Notes under the pieces: model-generated | Databases searched by the model: none | Seen by the model: the letters and a program-made list of their open reading frames with translations, nothing else | What the model was told of the DNA's origin: nothing | Shown: piece by piece, positions 38,039 to 50,451 of the stretch | Layout: each line of letters begins with the position of its first letter | How positions within the stretch are numbered: the first letter of the stretch is position 1 | Assembly (NCBI RefSeq): GCF_011745625.1 | Contig: NW_027191471.1 | Span: 372,001-436,000 of the forward strand | Length of the DNA stretch: 64,000 nt | From: Cladosporium halotolerans | Lineage: Eukaryota | Reading direction: 5' to 3' | Program-made: the position numbers and the translations under genes

Positions 38039-40456
38039 TCATTTCCTCTGCCCCGGAGGTTGCCGTTTCTGCTCAGCATTGTCCGCTCGATGACGGTGTG
38101 TTCTCTGCGACTCCCAGAGAAGCTGAGCTACTTCGGTATCACTTCTATCGAGCGCGTACTCCAAGGGAGAAATACCATCATGAGTATCGCGATTAACGTC
38201 TGCGCCGCCATCGAGGAGTTCACGAATAGTTGCTAACATCTTTTTCCCGCGGAGTCTACCGCCAACCGCACCGTACCTGAGCGCTTCAAGCAGTGGGTTC
38301 ATGTGCGGGCCGGCGTCCGATCCATTTGGGTCGGCACCGTAATCCAGCAAAAGTCGCACGATCGAGGGCTGAAGGTGTTGGGCAGCGAACGTCACTGCAG
38401 GCGTGTAGTTCGAGTTTATACCCTGCATGTGTGGAGACGTTCCGTGCCTCAGAAGTAGCTCCACCGTTTGTAGACTGCCGACGTCGATGGCGAAAAACAT
38501 AGCTTCTCTACCACGGGTAACGGCGCTCGCACCATGTGATAACAGGGTTTCTACTGTCTTTGGTGAATTTGAATCGACAGCTCGTTCGAGGAGGCTACCA
38601 TGAAATCCTTCGAACTCAGTATTAAGATCGAGCTTGGTCTGGAGAAGGCCCAACCCCTCTTCATTCGCACCTGAAAATCCTCTGTCGCGCGGGTCTGGTG
38701 CTGAATTAGCTTCCAGGACCGCTTCTAGGAGCGTATGGCACCGATAATTGCAAAGCAAGTAAACTAGGGAAATGGGGTGATCGCGAAGAAGAGGCGGCCG
38801 TTCTAATCCGAGTACCATAATCCAGTGAAGGACCACCCAAGAAGATAGGGGAAACCCAATCAGACATTCTGTGGTCGGCAATCCGCCGTGTTGTGACTGC
38901 TCAAGATGGTGGAACATGCACACCACTGAATACATTAACAGCGGGAAGTTTCTCTCCAAATCTAGGCATATTTCATGACGGCGCGCGTTGTGAAGGTCAG
39001 GATCGGAGGACTGTGCTTCCTCGAAAGCAAGTCTCTCCGCCTCCGCTTGATATGATCGATAAGTCGCGCCGTCAAGATCCACATACGTCTGGCACCATTG
39101 AGCTAGCTGCAGGTGGCCGTGCCTTGGGTGGGCTCTGGCCGGGCACGAAGTAATGCTCGCCAGACCGCCTGCGAGAAGGAATTCTCTGACAGACTCGTGG
39201 ACCAATTGCGCTCTGAGAAATTCGTCATAGTCATTCTTCGTAATTTCGACAAGCCCGCGAGACGATGCGAGCACGAAAGATACCATGGCATCGCGACTGA
39301 GCTCATCGGAATCCCATGCACCAGAAGCCAAATGTCCAGCCCCTGTCCGAATAGCGAAATATAGCTCTTCTGGAGTCAGTGGCCGTTCAGCATACAGCAT
39401 CCATTGCATTGTCACAACAAGAGCATCGTCTGGCGCCGCAAGCACACGGGCTATCAGTTCCTGCAATTTGATCGGCACCTCGTCCAGCGTGCGTAGTATT
39501 TCGGAAGTGCATGCTCCAGTGTCACTCTTCTTCTTCAACATGCGTACAACGAGGACAACCCAGAAAAAGACTCCGGAGCACCGTTGCTGGATTTTGCCAA
39601 TGAGCTGATCTCGAAGCGAATTGTCCCGAATCGATAGCTTGTTGCGCACGTAAGTTTCTATGTCCCGCTGATGTTCAGATTGCGCCTCAAGCTCGATGTG
39701 AACGCAGTGCTGTATAGTGATCTGCGGGTAGTATCGGCTGGCGAAGCAGAGGTAAAGTTGGATGCCTGTGGACTGAGCAATGAGCGCGAGTTCCTCGAAG
39801 TGCTCAATGGCATCTCGCATGTCGTCCTCATCGCACTCATCGAGGGCGTCGACATATATTGACAACGCTTGGTCTTTTCCGAAGCAAGAGATGGCTCCGG
39901 TCAGAAAGTTCCTCAAAGCCGCAACTGGCCATTCGCCTTGCTCGGTATTTCGTGGGACCTCGAATGAGAATTTGAGGCGCATTTCCGGAAATTGCGTGAG
40001 TATCTGTACTAACAGAGATCGATACAACCCTTCTACGGACTTCTCCAAGTCATGGCCGCGTGCGTTGAAGAAGAATGAGATGATTGAGTTGTCTCTGTGT
40101 ACTTTTCTCGCATGTTCCAGGGCGCATTTCATCATCGTGGATTTGCCTGAACCAGCTTTGCCTTTAATCCATAAGAAGCCGTGATGTTGCTCAAGATGAT
40201 CGGAGTAAGCCCAGTCCAAGTACTGCTGCTTCTCGAAAAGCCAGGAGCAGGTGCTGACATGGGCAGGGTCAATGCTGTGATAGCGAGAGTCCATCTGGTC
40301 GAACTTGAGGGCCTTGATGAAGAGCTCGACCTTGTCTTCCTGCAATTGCCTGCGTCCTCCATCATCCATGCCATGAAACTGGTTCTGGATGTACGTGTGA
40401 CCATATTGCACTCTCGCGTTGTCTTGTGCGATGGAGTGATCCCAACGCGTTGACAT
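38039..40456 (-). CDS. NLR-like STAND protein: short amyloid-like leader, NACHT NTPase, winged helix, ankyrin repeats
   Basis: Walker A GKAGSGKST, Walker B YVDALDEC, LKFDQMDSR..I..AH..TC.W pre-NACHT motif, G.FFWV.LV, and about five ankyrin repeats (LLDYGADPN, LLDGGADVN). Confidence 0.92.
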   Translation of the reverse strand: MSTRWDHSIAQDNARVQYGHTYIQNQFHGMDDGGRRQLQEDKVELFIKALKFDQMDSRYHSIDPAHVSTCSWLFEKQQYLDWAYSDHLEQHHGFLWIKGKAGSGKSTMMKCALEHARKVHRDNSIISFFFNARGHDLEKSVEGLYRSLLVQILTQFPEMRLKFSFEVPRNTEQGEWPVAALRNFLTGAISCFGKDQALSIYVDALDECDEDDMRDAIEHFEELALIAQSTGIQLYLCFASRYYPQITIQHCVHIELEAQSEHQRDIETYVRNKLSIRDNSLRDQLIGKIQQRCSGVFFWVVLVVRMLKKKSDTGACTSEILRTLDEVPIKLQELIARVLAAPDDALVVTMQWMLYAERPLTPEELYFAIRTGAGHLASGAWDSDELSRDAMVSFVLASSRGLVEITKNDYDEFLRAQLVHESVREFLLAGGLASITSCPARAHPRHGHLQLAQWCQTYVDLDGATYRSYQAEAERLAFEEAQSSDPDLHNARRHEICLDLERNFPLLMYSVVCMFHHLEQSQHGGLPTTECLIGFPLSSWVVLHWIMVLGLERPPLLRDHPISLVYLLCNYRCHTLLEAVLEANSAPDPRDRGFSGANEEGLGLLQTKLDLNTEFEGFHGSLLERAVDSNSPKTVETLLSHGASAVTRGREAMFFAIDVGSLQTVELLLRHGTSPHMQGINSNYTPAVTFAAQHLQPSIVRLLLDYGADPNGSDAGPHMNPLLEALRYGAVGGRLRGKKMLATIRELLDGGADVNRDTHDGISPLEYALDRSDTEVAQLLWESQRTHRHRADNAEQKRQPPGQRK

Positions 40457-40911
40457 GGTGTTTTGCCTATGCGAGATCTGAGCCGTCCGTCCGCGTATGA
40501 TCTGACTGAGCCTAATCAGCGTAACCCCTCACCTTTCTGTGTGTTAGCGAGTTCGAAACGTTGTGCTGCTCAATTCGCGCTTGCAACACTCGCAGCCCAG
40601 GACAATGCGGCCTTCAAGGTCATCCGCGATGCATTTGAAAAGTTGTGATGAAGATCAGGCTGAAGTGCGAATCTAACAACCCGATCTCAGGGTGCCGCTA
40701 ATGCACAGTCGCTTGCCGCCAGCTCACGCTGAAACTCCTCATGCGAGGCTGAGCTATATATAAACCGAATCCACTGGGCAATGCTGACATGCTATAGCAA
40801 CAAAAACCGCTACTGGAGTTTCTTCGTCACTAATCTTCCAAGTTTCACATATCCGTCTTATAATCCCCTGTATCACAGCGCAAATTTAGTGTCCCTTTAT
40901 CTATTACCGTC

Positions 40912-43125
40912 ATGGCAGCAAGCGTGGTGCAAAACGGGAGCACTCACGAAGTACTGGAGCTTTCATCGTCTGATTTGATGGAACACATCGATACGAGTGC
41001 GCAACATATAGAGCAGCAGTCCGACAAAGAGATCCCAAGCTCTGTATTTGAGACCAAAAATGCGAATGCTGGACACCGCTACCACAGTAACGTTGTCGAA
41101 GGCAATGGCAGAGCTCATTTCGGCAACGTCTATACGCAAACTGTCAACTACTACGTGACCCCGTCAGGCAATCGGTCATTCCAAACATGTGCGGTCGCAA
41201 CTACACTTCTGCTTGACCAGGCCGAGCTCACCGGCCAGAAGCGAAAGCATATCGAAGACGCAAACGCATTTGAGCCGCGGAAACTACCAAAAGAGTCTCT
41301 CGATACGGCGTTGAGCAAACTGCAGAAGCTGTCTCTCTACATGGAGACTCCCATGCAAGATTTACCGGCCCGCAAGATCACTCGTCGAATTGCCACAGTC
41401 ATTGACGCGTTGAAGTCATCCGGTTTCGCGCGATCAGCGAGACAACACACTGATTACCAGTGGAGTGATTTGAGAGAACGTCTTCTCCTCGGCAGAAGGC
41501 TGAGGATCAACTCCCCACCTCCGGTTGTTAATTGTGGGAACTTCGCTGTCGTCCAGCGCAGACGCGATGTCCTGAGATATGCTCGGTGGGAAATCACCCT
41601 GACAACTACGGAAACGAGCGTTCCCGACGAGGAAGGCCATGAGACAACGCAGTCTATGTCGGTCTTGCGTCTTGAACCATGTTGCAACCATACAGGCTCT
41701 CCTTTAGTGGCCTTCTTCGGGTGTCAGACGGATCTCTTGCGCACAAATATGATACACCCGGTGGTCCTTGCTTACCGGACAGTTCCAGGGGACTCGGAGG
41801 TGTTCAGTGTGATTGAGGAAGATGACCTTGAAGGCCTATTGAAGCTAATGGCTACGCAAAAAGTTACGGTCAGAGACTGTGACGAGAAAGGCCGGTCTCT
41901 GCTCTCGGTACGTACAAAACAACGGTGGATTTCTTGATGCTGACTCTTGTAGTATGCGTCCTACTATGGAAGCCCAACATGCTGCAAATATCTTTCCGAA
42001 AGTGGCGTCGATGTCGATAGGCTTGAGGCCTCTTTCTTCTTCCGGTACGTACAGCTTACAATGTGTGATAAGACCTTCCCCGGAGAGAGTCACACAGTCT
42101 AATGGTCATGAAGTGGGACGGAGCCAGCGTTGGGAGTAGCAAGTTCAGATGAAGCAGACGTGACCAGAGAGCAGTATACAAGAATGATGCAATGCAAGAT
42201 AAGCTTGCTGGAAGCTGGCGCGGATCCAACAATTGACTACGTAAAGGACGACGGCTCATTATACTCGGCCCAGGGCATCAGGGACGCATTATCCTGCAGT
42301 GACATCGATCGGAGTTCTACAGTCAGTTTACACTGTCCAACCATCGCGTGAGGAACTAACTCCGTTTAGGAAGCATTGAACATGCTGTTCAAGCATGGCA
42401 GATCCTTTATCGATCTAAGCAGTTTACGCATTGACGGCTTGAGCATCTGGCTTCGTTCATGCAACGATGCAATGTTCTTGAAAACCCCACGAGTCCTGGA
42501 ATACTTGATCAAAGCAGGCTGCGACATAGAGGAGGTCGACAACAATGGCTGGAATTGTTTGTTCCACTGCGTGCTTAATGCACACGGACCTAACACGTCG
42601 AAGTCCTTCGAAGCACTTCTGTACCTGCTTAGCGTATTTTCAAAGATCGACGCGCAGGATCGATACAAGAAATCCATCTATGACAGGGTGAGCCGTGCAG
42701 ATGATGAACATGGAAGCTATCAACGGGATCTATGGTATCATGGTCTTGAACGGTCAGGAATATGCACTCACGGAAGCTTGCACTCTCGACTTAGCGCTTC
42801 TCGGTACACCCTGGATTACACGCCACAGCACCATCGTGCAATGCGCTACCTGGATACTTGGACTTTCTCCGAGTACTTCGGCAACACAGACACGACAGAA
42901 ATAGACGCCATGTATCCAATGACTGAGTACGAGGCTGCCGAGACTGCTCGTCTTGCCCGGTTGCGAGAACAGATTGAGAGCGAAGAACAACTTCGAGAAG
43001 ACGAGACTGAGGAAAGCGAAGATGATATGTTTGAAGGCAGCGAAGATGAATGGAATGATAGCGGCTGTGACGACGACGGTGACGACGACTACGATGACGA
43101 CGAAGCTGCTGATGATCATTTGTAG
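40912..43125 (+). CDS. Ankyrin-repeat protein with N-terminal HET-s-like motif; join(40912..41907,41953..42044,42114..42320,42370..43125)
   Basis: Ankyrin units (DEKGRSLLS|YA, LLEAGADP, LIKAGCDIEEVDNNGWNCLF); three canonical introns preserve the frame; acidic tail. Confidence 0.8.
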
Positions 43126-43227
43126 TCGGACAAATGGCACTCTGAAGACCTGATCAGACGAAACAAACAAATGAGCATGACCAAGCGAGAAACGACGGAA
43201 TGTCTATCAAACATCTTTACGCACGAA

Positions 43228-44798
43228 TCAAACCTTCTTCCAATCCCAACATCTTCTAACCATCGCCCTCCTCCCAGCCCTCCGACTCTTCAAGCTCACC
43301 GTCTCTTCGACAACACCACCATCACCCTCTCCCTCTCCCTCCGCCTTCATCCGCTCGCCCTCCCTCACTTCCCCAATCTTCCATCCCCTCAGAAAAAGCA
43401 GGCACACCGCCGCCGCGACATACATGAAGCCCGCGAACAGCTGCGCACCCAGATACTCGCCCGTCCCTCCCACGATCTCCAGCGCAATCGGCTCCGAGAA
43501 AGTACACGGCAGCACGATGACGAGCCAGATCAGATTCAACGCGCTCGGCACACCGCGCAGACCAACGACTTCAGCGGACACTGGCGCAATGGTGGCCCAG
43601 AACGTGCCCGCGACCGCGCCGCCGACGAGCGAGTAGAAAATCAGCACGCCATAGGAGCGCGAGAAGGTCCAGATGAGCAGCGCGAAGAGGCCGGAGAGGA
43701 ACGTCATGAGAGCAGCCATGTTGATTCTGCCAATCGCATCGGAGAAGTAGCCGATGGGTGGGCGGCCGAAGGCCTGGCCGAGGTTGAAGAGGGCGCTGAT
43801 GATGGCTGCTTGCGAGGCGGAGAGGCCGATGGAGTTGGCATAGTTGGCGAGGGAGAAGATCAACACCACGTAGGCCAGGATGCTAAACCAGCCGTAGCCG
43901 CATAGGAGGAGGTATTCGGGCCGGGAGAAGAGCTGGTGGTCGAAAGCGAGCTGCGAGGAGCCGATGGCTTTGTTGCGGTCGCGGAGGAGGAGGGCGCAGA
44001 TTGTATTGACGACGCATGCGAGGATTCCGAGCACGCGGAAGGCCCAGGCTAGCCCAATGGTCTGTATCATGGCGCCGGTCGCGAGGGAGTAGATGAGTCC
44101 ACCTAGACCGGAGCCAGATGTCGCGAAGCCGTTTGCGAGCGAGCGACGGGTCGTGAACCATTGTGGAACGATGCCGACGCTACCAACGAAGAGAAATCCC
44201 ATGCCGAAACCGAAGCAGATACCTTGGGAAAGAAAGAGTTGCCAGATCTCGTATGCGAATGAAGCACCGATGAGGCTTGCTGTCTCGAGAACGATACCAA
44301 TGAATAAAGTCGTGCGGGTGCCGTAGACACGAGTGGTATATGTTGCAATTGGCGAGACGAGCATAGCACAGGAGATGGAGAGAGACCCGACGAATGCGTA
44401 CTCGAGGTATGAGGCGCCAGGGAAGGTCTCTGTGGCAAGGTAGTGTGCGAGAAAGACACCATAACTGCTGTTCATACCCCAAGTATGAGCGTTTATCGTC
44501 GCACAGCAGGCGGTACACACCCACCCGTAACCACTGTACATGATGATTAGAAAGTCCCACAAGACGATTTTCTCTCAATCAGCACTTACCCATTTGGAGG
44601 TGGAGGCGGTCCAGTCGGCGCAGCTGGTGTCTCTGGGTCCTTCTCGTTTAATAACCTTGGAGGGTCTCCAGATTCTCCATTGGCTTTCAAACCAGATTTC
44701 TTTTCCAGACCATCTTTGGCATCCGGTGTTCCTGCGCTGGTAGACGCTTGCTCTACCTCCCCATCGTCGTCCTCCTTCCACGCCTTTTTCTCACTCAT
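43228..44798 (-). CDS. MFS monocarboxylate-permease-like (Mch family) transporter; one intron at about 44535..44589
   Basis: PPPNG|GYGWVC, WGMNSSYGVF, QWFTTRRSLANG and SDAIGRIN; 12-TM hydrophobicity pattern. Confidence 0.88.
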
Positions 44799-45481
44799 AA
44801 CTTCCCCGTCTCGCCTTCAGGTATCAGATGTCGATCAGTTTTGACCGCTAAGAGACTCCCTTGGGCCTCCCAGTCACCACAATCAAGAGCGCTCGCCACA
44901 AGCAACGGCTCCAGCCAAACTATCAGACGACGAGTAGCAAACACACACTCAGAGTCAACATGTGGAGCTCATGATCAAATTCAGGTGACTGCCGCGTCGA
45001 GGGGCGCGGACAGGGAATATCGCGATGGTATATCTTGCCCCCATCTTCGGATAGATGACTCCTTACCTAATAACCGCAAACTGCAAGCGTAACGCATTCA
45101 GGGCTTCAAGCGATCAGCGACGCGGGCAGACCAAGGACGAAGCGAGAGAAACGTGCCGAGAGCCGCGCTGCGATCTCGGCAAGTGCGGGGCAAACTACAC
45201 AGCTGCAGCTGAAGTAAACAAACGGGAGCTGGAGGCGGGATTAAATCGATACTTCTGAATATCATCGTTTAGAAAAGACTGCTGAGGGTCGTAATAAGGG
45301 TGCTAACAGTAGGTCGTGAAGCGAGGAGAGTAATTTGACAATACTACCGCTGGGTTACTCCTCGCTTTTCTGCTAGAAAAAGAAACACACAATTGAAAAC
45401 AGTCGCTTTGCTTTACCCATCCGATGGCTATTACCCATTGCCCATGTGGGCGACACACCTGGTCCCTGCTTGACCAGTGGT

Positions 45482-47113
45482 TTACTCGTCAGCCTCGAGA
45501 GGAGCCTCCTCATCGTACTCCTCCTCACCCTCGGAGATGGAGGCGTCCTGGTACTGCTGGTACTCGGAGACAAGGTCGTTCATGTTGGACTCAGCCTCAG
45601 TGAACTCCATCTCGTCCATGCCCTCACCGGTGTACCAGTGGAGGAAAGCCTTGCGCCTGAACATGGCAGTGAACTGGTCACCGACACGCTTGAACAGCTC
45701 CTGGATGGAGGTGCTGTTACCGACGAAGGTGGAAGACATCTTCAGGCCACGGGGCGGGATGTCACAGAGGGCGGTCATGACGTTGTTGGGAATCCACTCG
45801 ACGAAGTAGGCGGTGTTCTTGTTCTGAACGTTGCGGATCTGGTCCTCAACCTCCTTCATGGAGACCTTACCGCGGTAGATGGCGGAGCAGGTGAGGTAGC
45901 GGCCGTTACGGAAGTCGGCGGCGGCCATCATGTTCTTCGGGTCGAAGATCTGCTGGGTGAGCTCCGGAACGGAGACGGCGCGGAAGCTGTGGGCACCGCG
46001 AGAGGTGAGGGGAGCGAAACCAATCATGAAGAAGTGGAGACGCGGGAAGGGAACCATGTTGACGGCGAGCTTGCGGAGATCGCTGTTGAGCTGACCAGGG
46101 AAACGCAGGCAGGTGGTGACACCGGACATGACGGCGGAGACGAGGTGGTTGAGGTCACCGTAGCTGGGGTTGGAGAGCTTGAGGGTACGCATGCAGATGT
46201 CGTACAGGGCCTCGTTGTCGATACAGAAGGTCTCGTCGGAGTTCTCGACGAGCTGGTGGACGGAGAGGGTGGCGTTGTAGGGCTCGACAACGGTGTCGGA
46301 GACCTTGGGAGAGGGCATGACGGAGAAGGTGGCCATCATACGGTCGGGGAACTCCTCGCGGATCTTGCTGATGAGGAGGGTACCCATACCGGCACCAGTA
46401 CCACCACCGAGAGAGTGGGTGATCTGGAAACCCTGGAGGCAGTCGCAGCCCTCGGCCTCACGACGGACGACGTCGAGGACCTGGTCGACAAGCTCGGCAC
46501 CCTCAGTGTAGTGACCCTTGGCCCAGTTGTTGCCGGCGCCAGACTGGCCGAAGACGAAGTTGTCGGGACGGAAGAGCTGGCCGAAGGGACCGGCACGGAC
46601 AGCGTCCATGGTGCCGGGCTCCAAGTCGACGAGGACGGCGCGCGGGACGTACTTGTTGCCAGAGGCCTGTGGTGGCATGTGGTCAGTGCATGCTCTCGGG
46701 TCGTGCGTATGCGGCTGCCTGAGTGGCTCGTACCTCGTTGAAGTAGACGTTCATGCGCTCGAGCTGGAGGTCAGACGTGCCATTGTACCTGATACGCGTC
46801 AGATGAGTCTTTCTTGCGTTCGATGGGTGTAAACATACACGCCGGAACCGTCGAGGCCATGCTCGCCGGAGATGGTCTGCCAGAATGCAGCACCAATTTG
46901 ATTGCCCTTGATGGATGTTAATCACGCGCTCTTGAGTCTCATCATCGGATCTGAAGCGCTGTACGTACGCACTGGCCGGTTTGGAGGTGAACCTGCGAGC
47001 GAAGAGCCGGTTAGCACTGTGTTGTCCTCAGGGAAGCCCACAGACGCGGGGCACGCGTGTTTGTTTCAGGGGCCTGGTCGGCGGCGGCGGGCGGTACGTA
47101 CGATCTCGCGCAT
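45482..47113 (-). CDS. TUB2: Beta-tubulin, five exons
   Basis: [17 protein letters not shown]..., the GGGTGAG tubulin signature and an acidic C-terminal tail. Confidence 0.98.
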
Positions 47114-47456
47114 GTTGGGAATCTTGGGCGACTGTTTTGGGGGTGTGGGTTTGAGAGGGAGGGTGACTCGGCGTCGGGCGGCGTGTCGAGGGAGGACGGG
47201 GTGGTGGTGAGGCGGAGAGGTGTTTGTTGGCGGTGTGCGTGGGCGAGGCAGGCAGGCAGGCGGCTCGAATGTTTTGGGGGAAGCAGCCAACCGCAGCTTT
47301 TGCCCTGGCCGGCGCGTGGGCCAGCGCGACCGTGCGCCACGCTAGCCGCCTTGGCGGGAAAGTCGCCGCCGCCGACTTTCACTTCGATGTGCCGAAAGCT
47401 GCAGGCTGCTTTGGGAAGGAGCGCGAGTGCGAGAGATCTTGCCGTACCACCACACA

Positions 47457-48324
47457 ATGGCCGCCCTCAGACCCTCGCTGGCGCCGTCTGCGTTCGCCCT
47501 GCACTCGCGGCAACTGCAGCGCATGCTCGCGCGCCCCGTGGGCCTCCGCTATGCCTCCTCGAAACCCCCGCCGCCGAAGCCTCGACTGCTCGAGAAGCCT
47601 GAACGCTTCAATCCGCCCTCACACCCGTCTCGTCTTCGCTCCAAGCCTAGATCTTATGGCGCGCCTCTGTCCGATCGCGAGCGCCAGGCGCAAAAGACCA
47701 GGACGTATCCCCACATGATGCCGGCGGAAGGAACGTTCACGTATTGGTTCCTTACAAACAAGACAATACACCTTTGGATTTCTATAGTATGTACGTTGAG
47801 CATACATAAAAGATCAGTTGCTGACTCGGAACCAGGGAATCCTCGTCACGCTCACTGTCGGCGTATGGCTTGGAGACTTCCTCCACTCGACACCCTACAT
47901 GGATTTGCTCCCGCCCAACAATATGTTCTTCGCGCATCCTTTCACATTCCTCGGACGCTACATCGAGGTGTACCAAATGCACTCTGAATACGTTACCGCT
48001 CAGACTGCCGAGATGCGACGACAGAAAGTGGAGGATGTTAAGAGGCGTTCAGAGTTCCGCAAGGCGCATGGGCTGGAGGATGAAGACGAAGGCAAGTTTG
48101 GCGGTTGGACTGCGAAGAAAGACGATGAAGTGCTTGGCCCGACACCGGCAATGAGGGAAGGCGGTCAGGCAGCGCCGGAGACCCAATCATCTATCGCCAT
48201 GGATTTGGCGACGGCGGCTCCAGCAACGGGAAGTGCACCAGTCAAAAATGCTGGCCCTGCGACTTATGTCGATTTCGACGGAAAGACTCAACCAGTTCAG
48301 AAGAAGTGGTTTGGCATTTGGTGA
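47457..48324 (+). CDS. Conserved fungal hypothetical single-TM, probably mitochondrial, protein; one intron at about 47787..47835
   Basis: Arg-rich presequence; LEKPERFNPPSHPSR; YPHMMP..GTF..WFLT; TM segment; ends KKWFGIW. Confidence 0.7.
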
Positions 48325-49152
48325 TTTCGGTCAATGATCTATTTCAAATCGATGCTCTTAGCGACGAATTGGCCATGCTCCCACACTGCGCATACAAGGA
48401 CATGCTCAATGCCAGAGCTACAGGATTCAGAAAGCACTAGGCTTTCATGCTCATGATATACGGACGACGCTGTTTTCGGGGACACACCTCTCTCTGTGCC
48501 GGAATCACTTTGATGGATCCCAATGATGCGCGCCTAGTCGCGGCCCTCGTGTGAGCGATGCCTTATGGAGGCGATGTATAAACCATGTATGATAACAAAG
48601 AAGACGTTTGTCTATTCAATCTCTCTGCTATGCGTCTCGTTCCAATATGAAGTATCCATGATCGAGGGAGTTCATGAGAATTTCGTAGTTCATGAGCCGT
48701 AAGGACGAGCACGAGCGTGTGCGCAGTAAGCCTACGATTTGCAATAACCACATGCCCACGCGACCATGCAATAACGTTATCGATTGCACATGAAAATTAC
48801 GATCTCATGAAAGTCGGATCACAGGCTTGTCTCACCAAAATACCGCGCCCTTCTCTCATTGGGCGTCGCCGTCCATTTGACTCGACTTGAGCTCTCCCCC
48901 CATTCCGCGCGGGCGTTGCCGCAAGAGCATCGCGACCCTGCAGCAGCACACTTGCAGCCAGCCCAGTGCTCTGTACATCACCGTACCAACACCACCTCGG
49001 CCTACCATCCCCCCACACTCCATCCGACGACATCCTCGCACACATCATCGCCTGCGCACAGCGATCGCGACACCATCTCTACACCCATTCCTTTTCCTCG
49101 CGGTGTGTGAGGCGGCCTGCATGCGTGTCAAGTGAAAAGGACATCCGAGACC

Positions 49153-50451
49153 ATGCAGCACGTCTTCACTCACCAGAACCCGTATCACCAACCGGACTGG
49201 CAGCACCACGCTCACGGTCCGTCGCAGCACCATTACGCTCAGAGTCAAGCTGCAGCTGCGGCCACCGCGGCCGCCGCGGCCCAACAGCAGCAACAGCAGC
49301 AGCATTATGGACGCATGAATCAGAACGGAGGCGCAGGCGCGAACGGAGGTATGGGTCAGGGACTCGGTCCTGCACGTGAGCTGCAGGATGGCAGTATATT
49401 TGGCGCTGGCGACTCCATCAGTGAAGAGAACAGGAGGGTGTTGGAGTGGATTGCTCAGGTCCTCAATGCGAACACCAGGGAGAGCGCGCTCCTGGAGCTG
49501 AGCAAGAAAAGAGAGCAGGTTCCGGAGCTGGCACTTATCTTGTGGCATTCGTTCGGTGCGTACATCTTGTCCATTGCGATCGCAAGGCCAACATTGACAT
49601 TCAGACAGGCGTCATGACGTCCCTGCTGCAAGAGATCATCTCAGTATACCCTCTGCTCAACCCCTCGCAGCTCACTGCAGCGGCTAGCAACCGTGTCTGC
49701 AACGCGCTGGCTCTACTACAATGTGTTGCCTCTCACAGCGATACGCGTGGCCTCTTCTTGGGTGGTATGTCCATTACTTTTCGGTTTGGCGCATCCATCG
49801 ACTGACACATCTGCGTAGCTCACATTCCTCTCTTCCTGTATCCTTTCCTCAACACCACCTCCAAATCCCGACCCTTTGAGTACCTCCGCCTGACTTCCCT
49901 CGGCGTCATTGGCGCCCTCGTCAAGAACGATTCCTCAGAAGTCATCAACTTCCTCCTTACCACCGAGATCATTCCTCTCTGCCTGCGCATCATGGAAACT
50001 GGCTCAGAGCTCAGCAAGACCGTCGCTATCTTTATTGTTCAGAAGATCCTGCTTGACGACATGGGACTGCAGTACATATGCCAGACCTACGAGCGATTCT
50101 ATGCCGTTGGAACCGTCCTAAGTAACATGGTTACCCAACTGGTCGATCAGCAGACTGTGAGGCTGCTGAAGCATGTTGTCAGGTGTTTCCTCAGGTATGT
50201 GAAGCGTCAATACTGCAACCTCACCAACTACTGCTAACAAATTTTCAAGACTTTCCGACAACGCTCGTGCTCGCGAGGCGCTCCGCCAGTGCCTCCCTGA
50301 GCCTCTGCGCGACGCCACCTTCTCCCCAGTCTTGAGAGACGACGCTGCCACTAAGCGTTGCCTGGCTCAGCTTCTCCTGGCCCTTTCCGACCAAGCAGAA
50401 CCTACAATGACCTCTTCTTATGGCCCACACCAGCAGAGTCTGTTGCCCTGA
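49153..50451 (+). CDS. RCD1: CCR4-NOT subunit Rcd1/Caf40 (CNOT9), four exons
   Basis: [50 protein letters not shown] and [11 protein letters not shown]. Confidence 0.95.
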
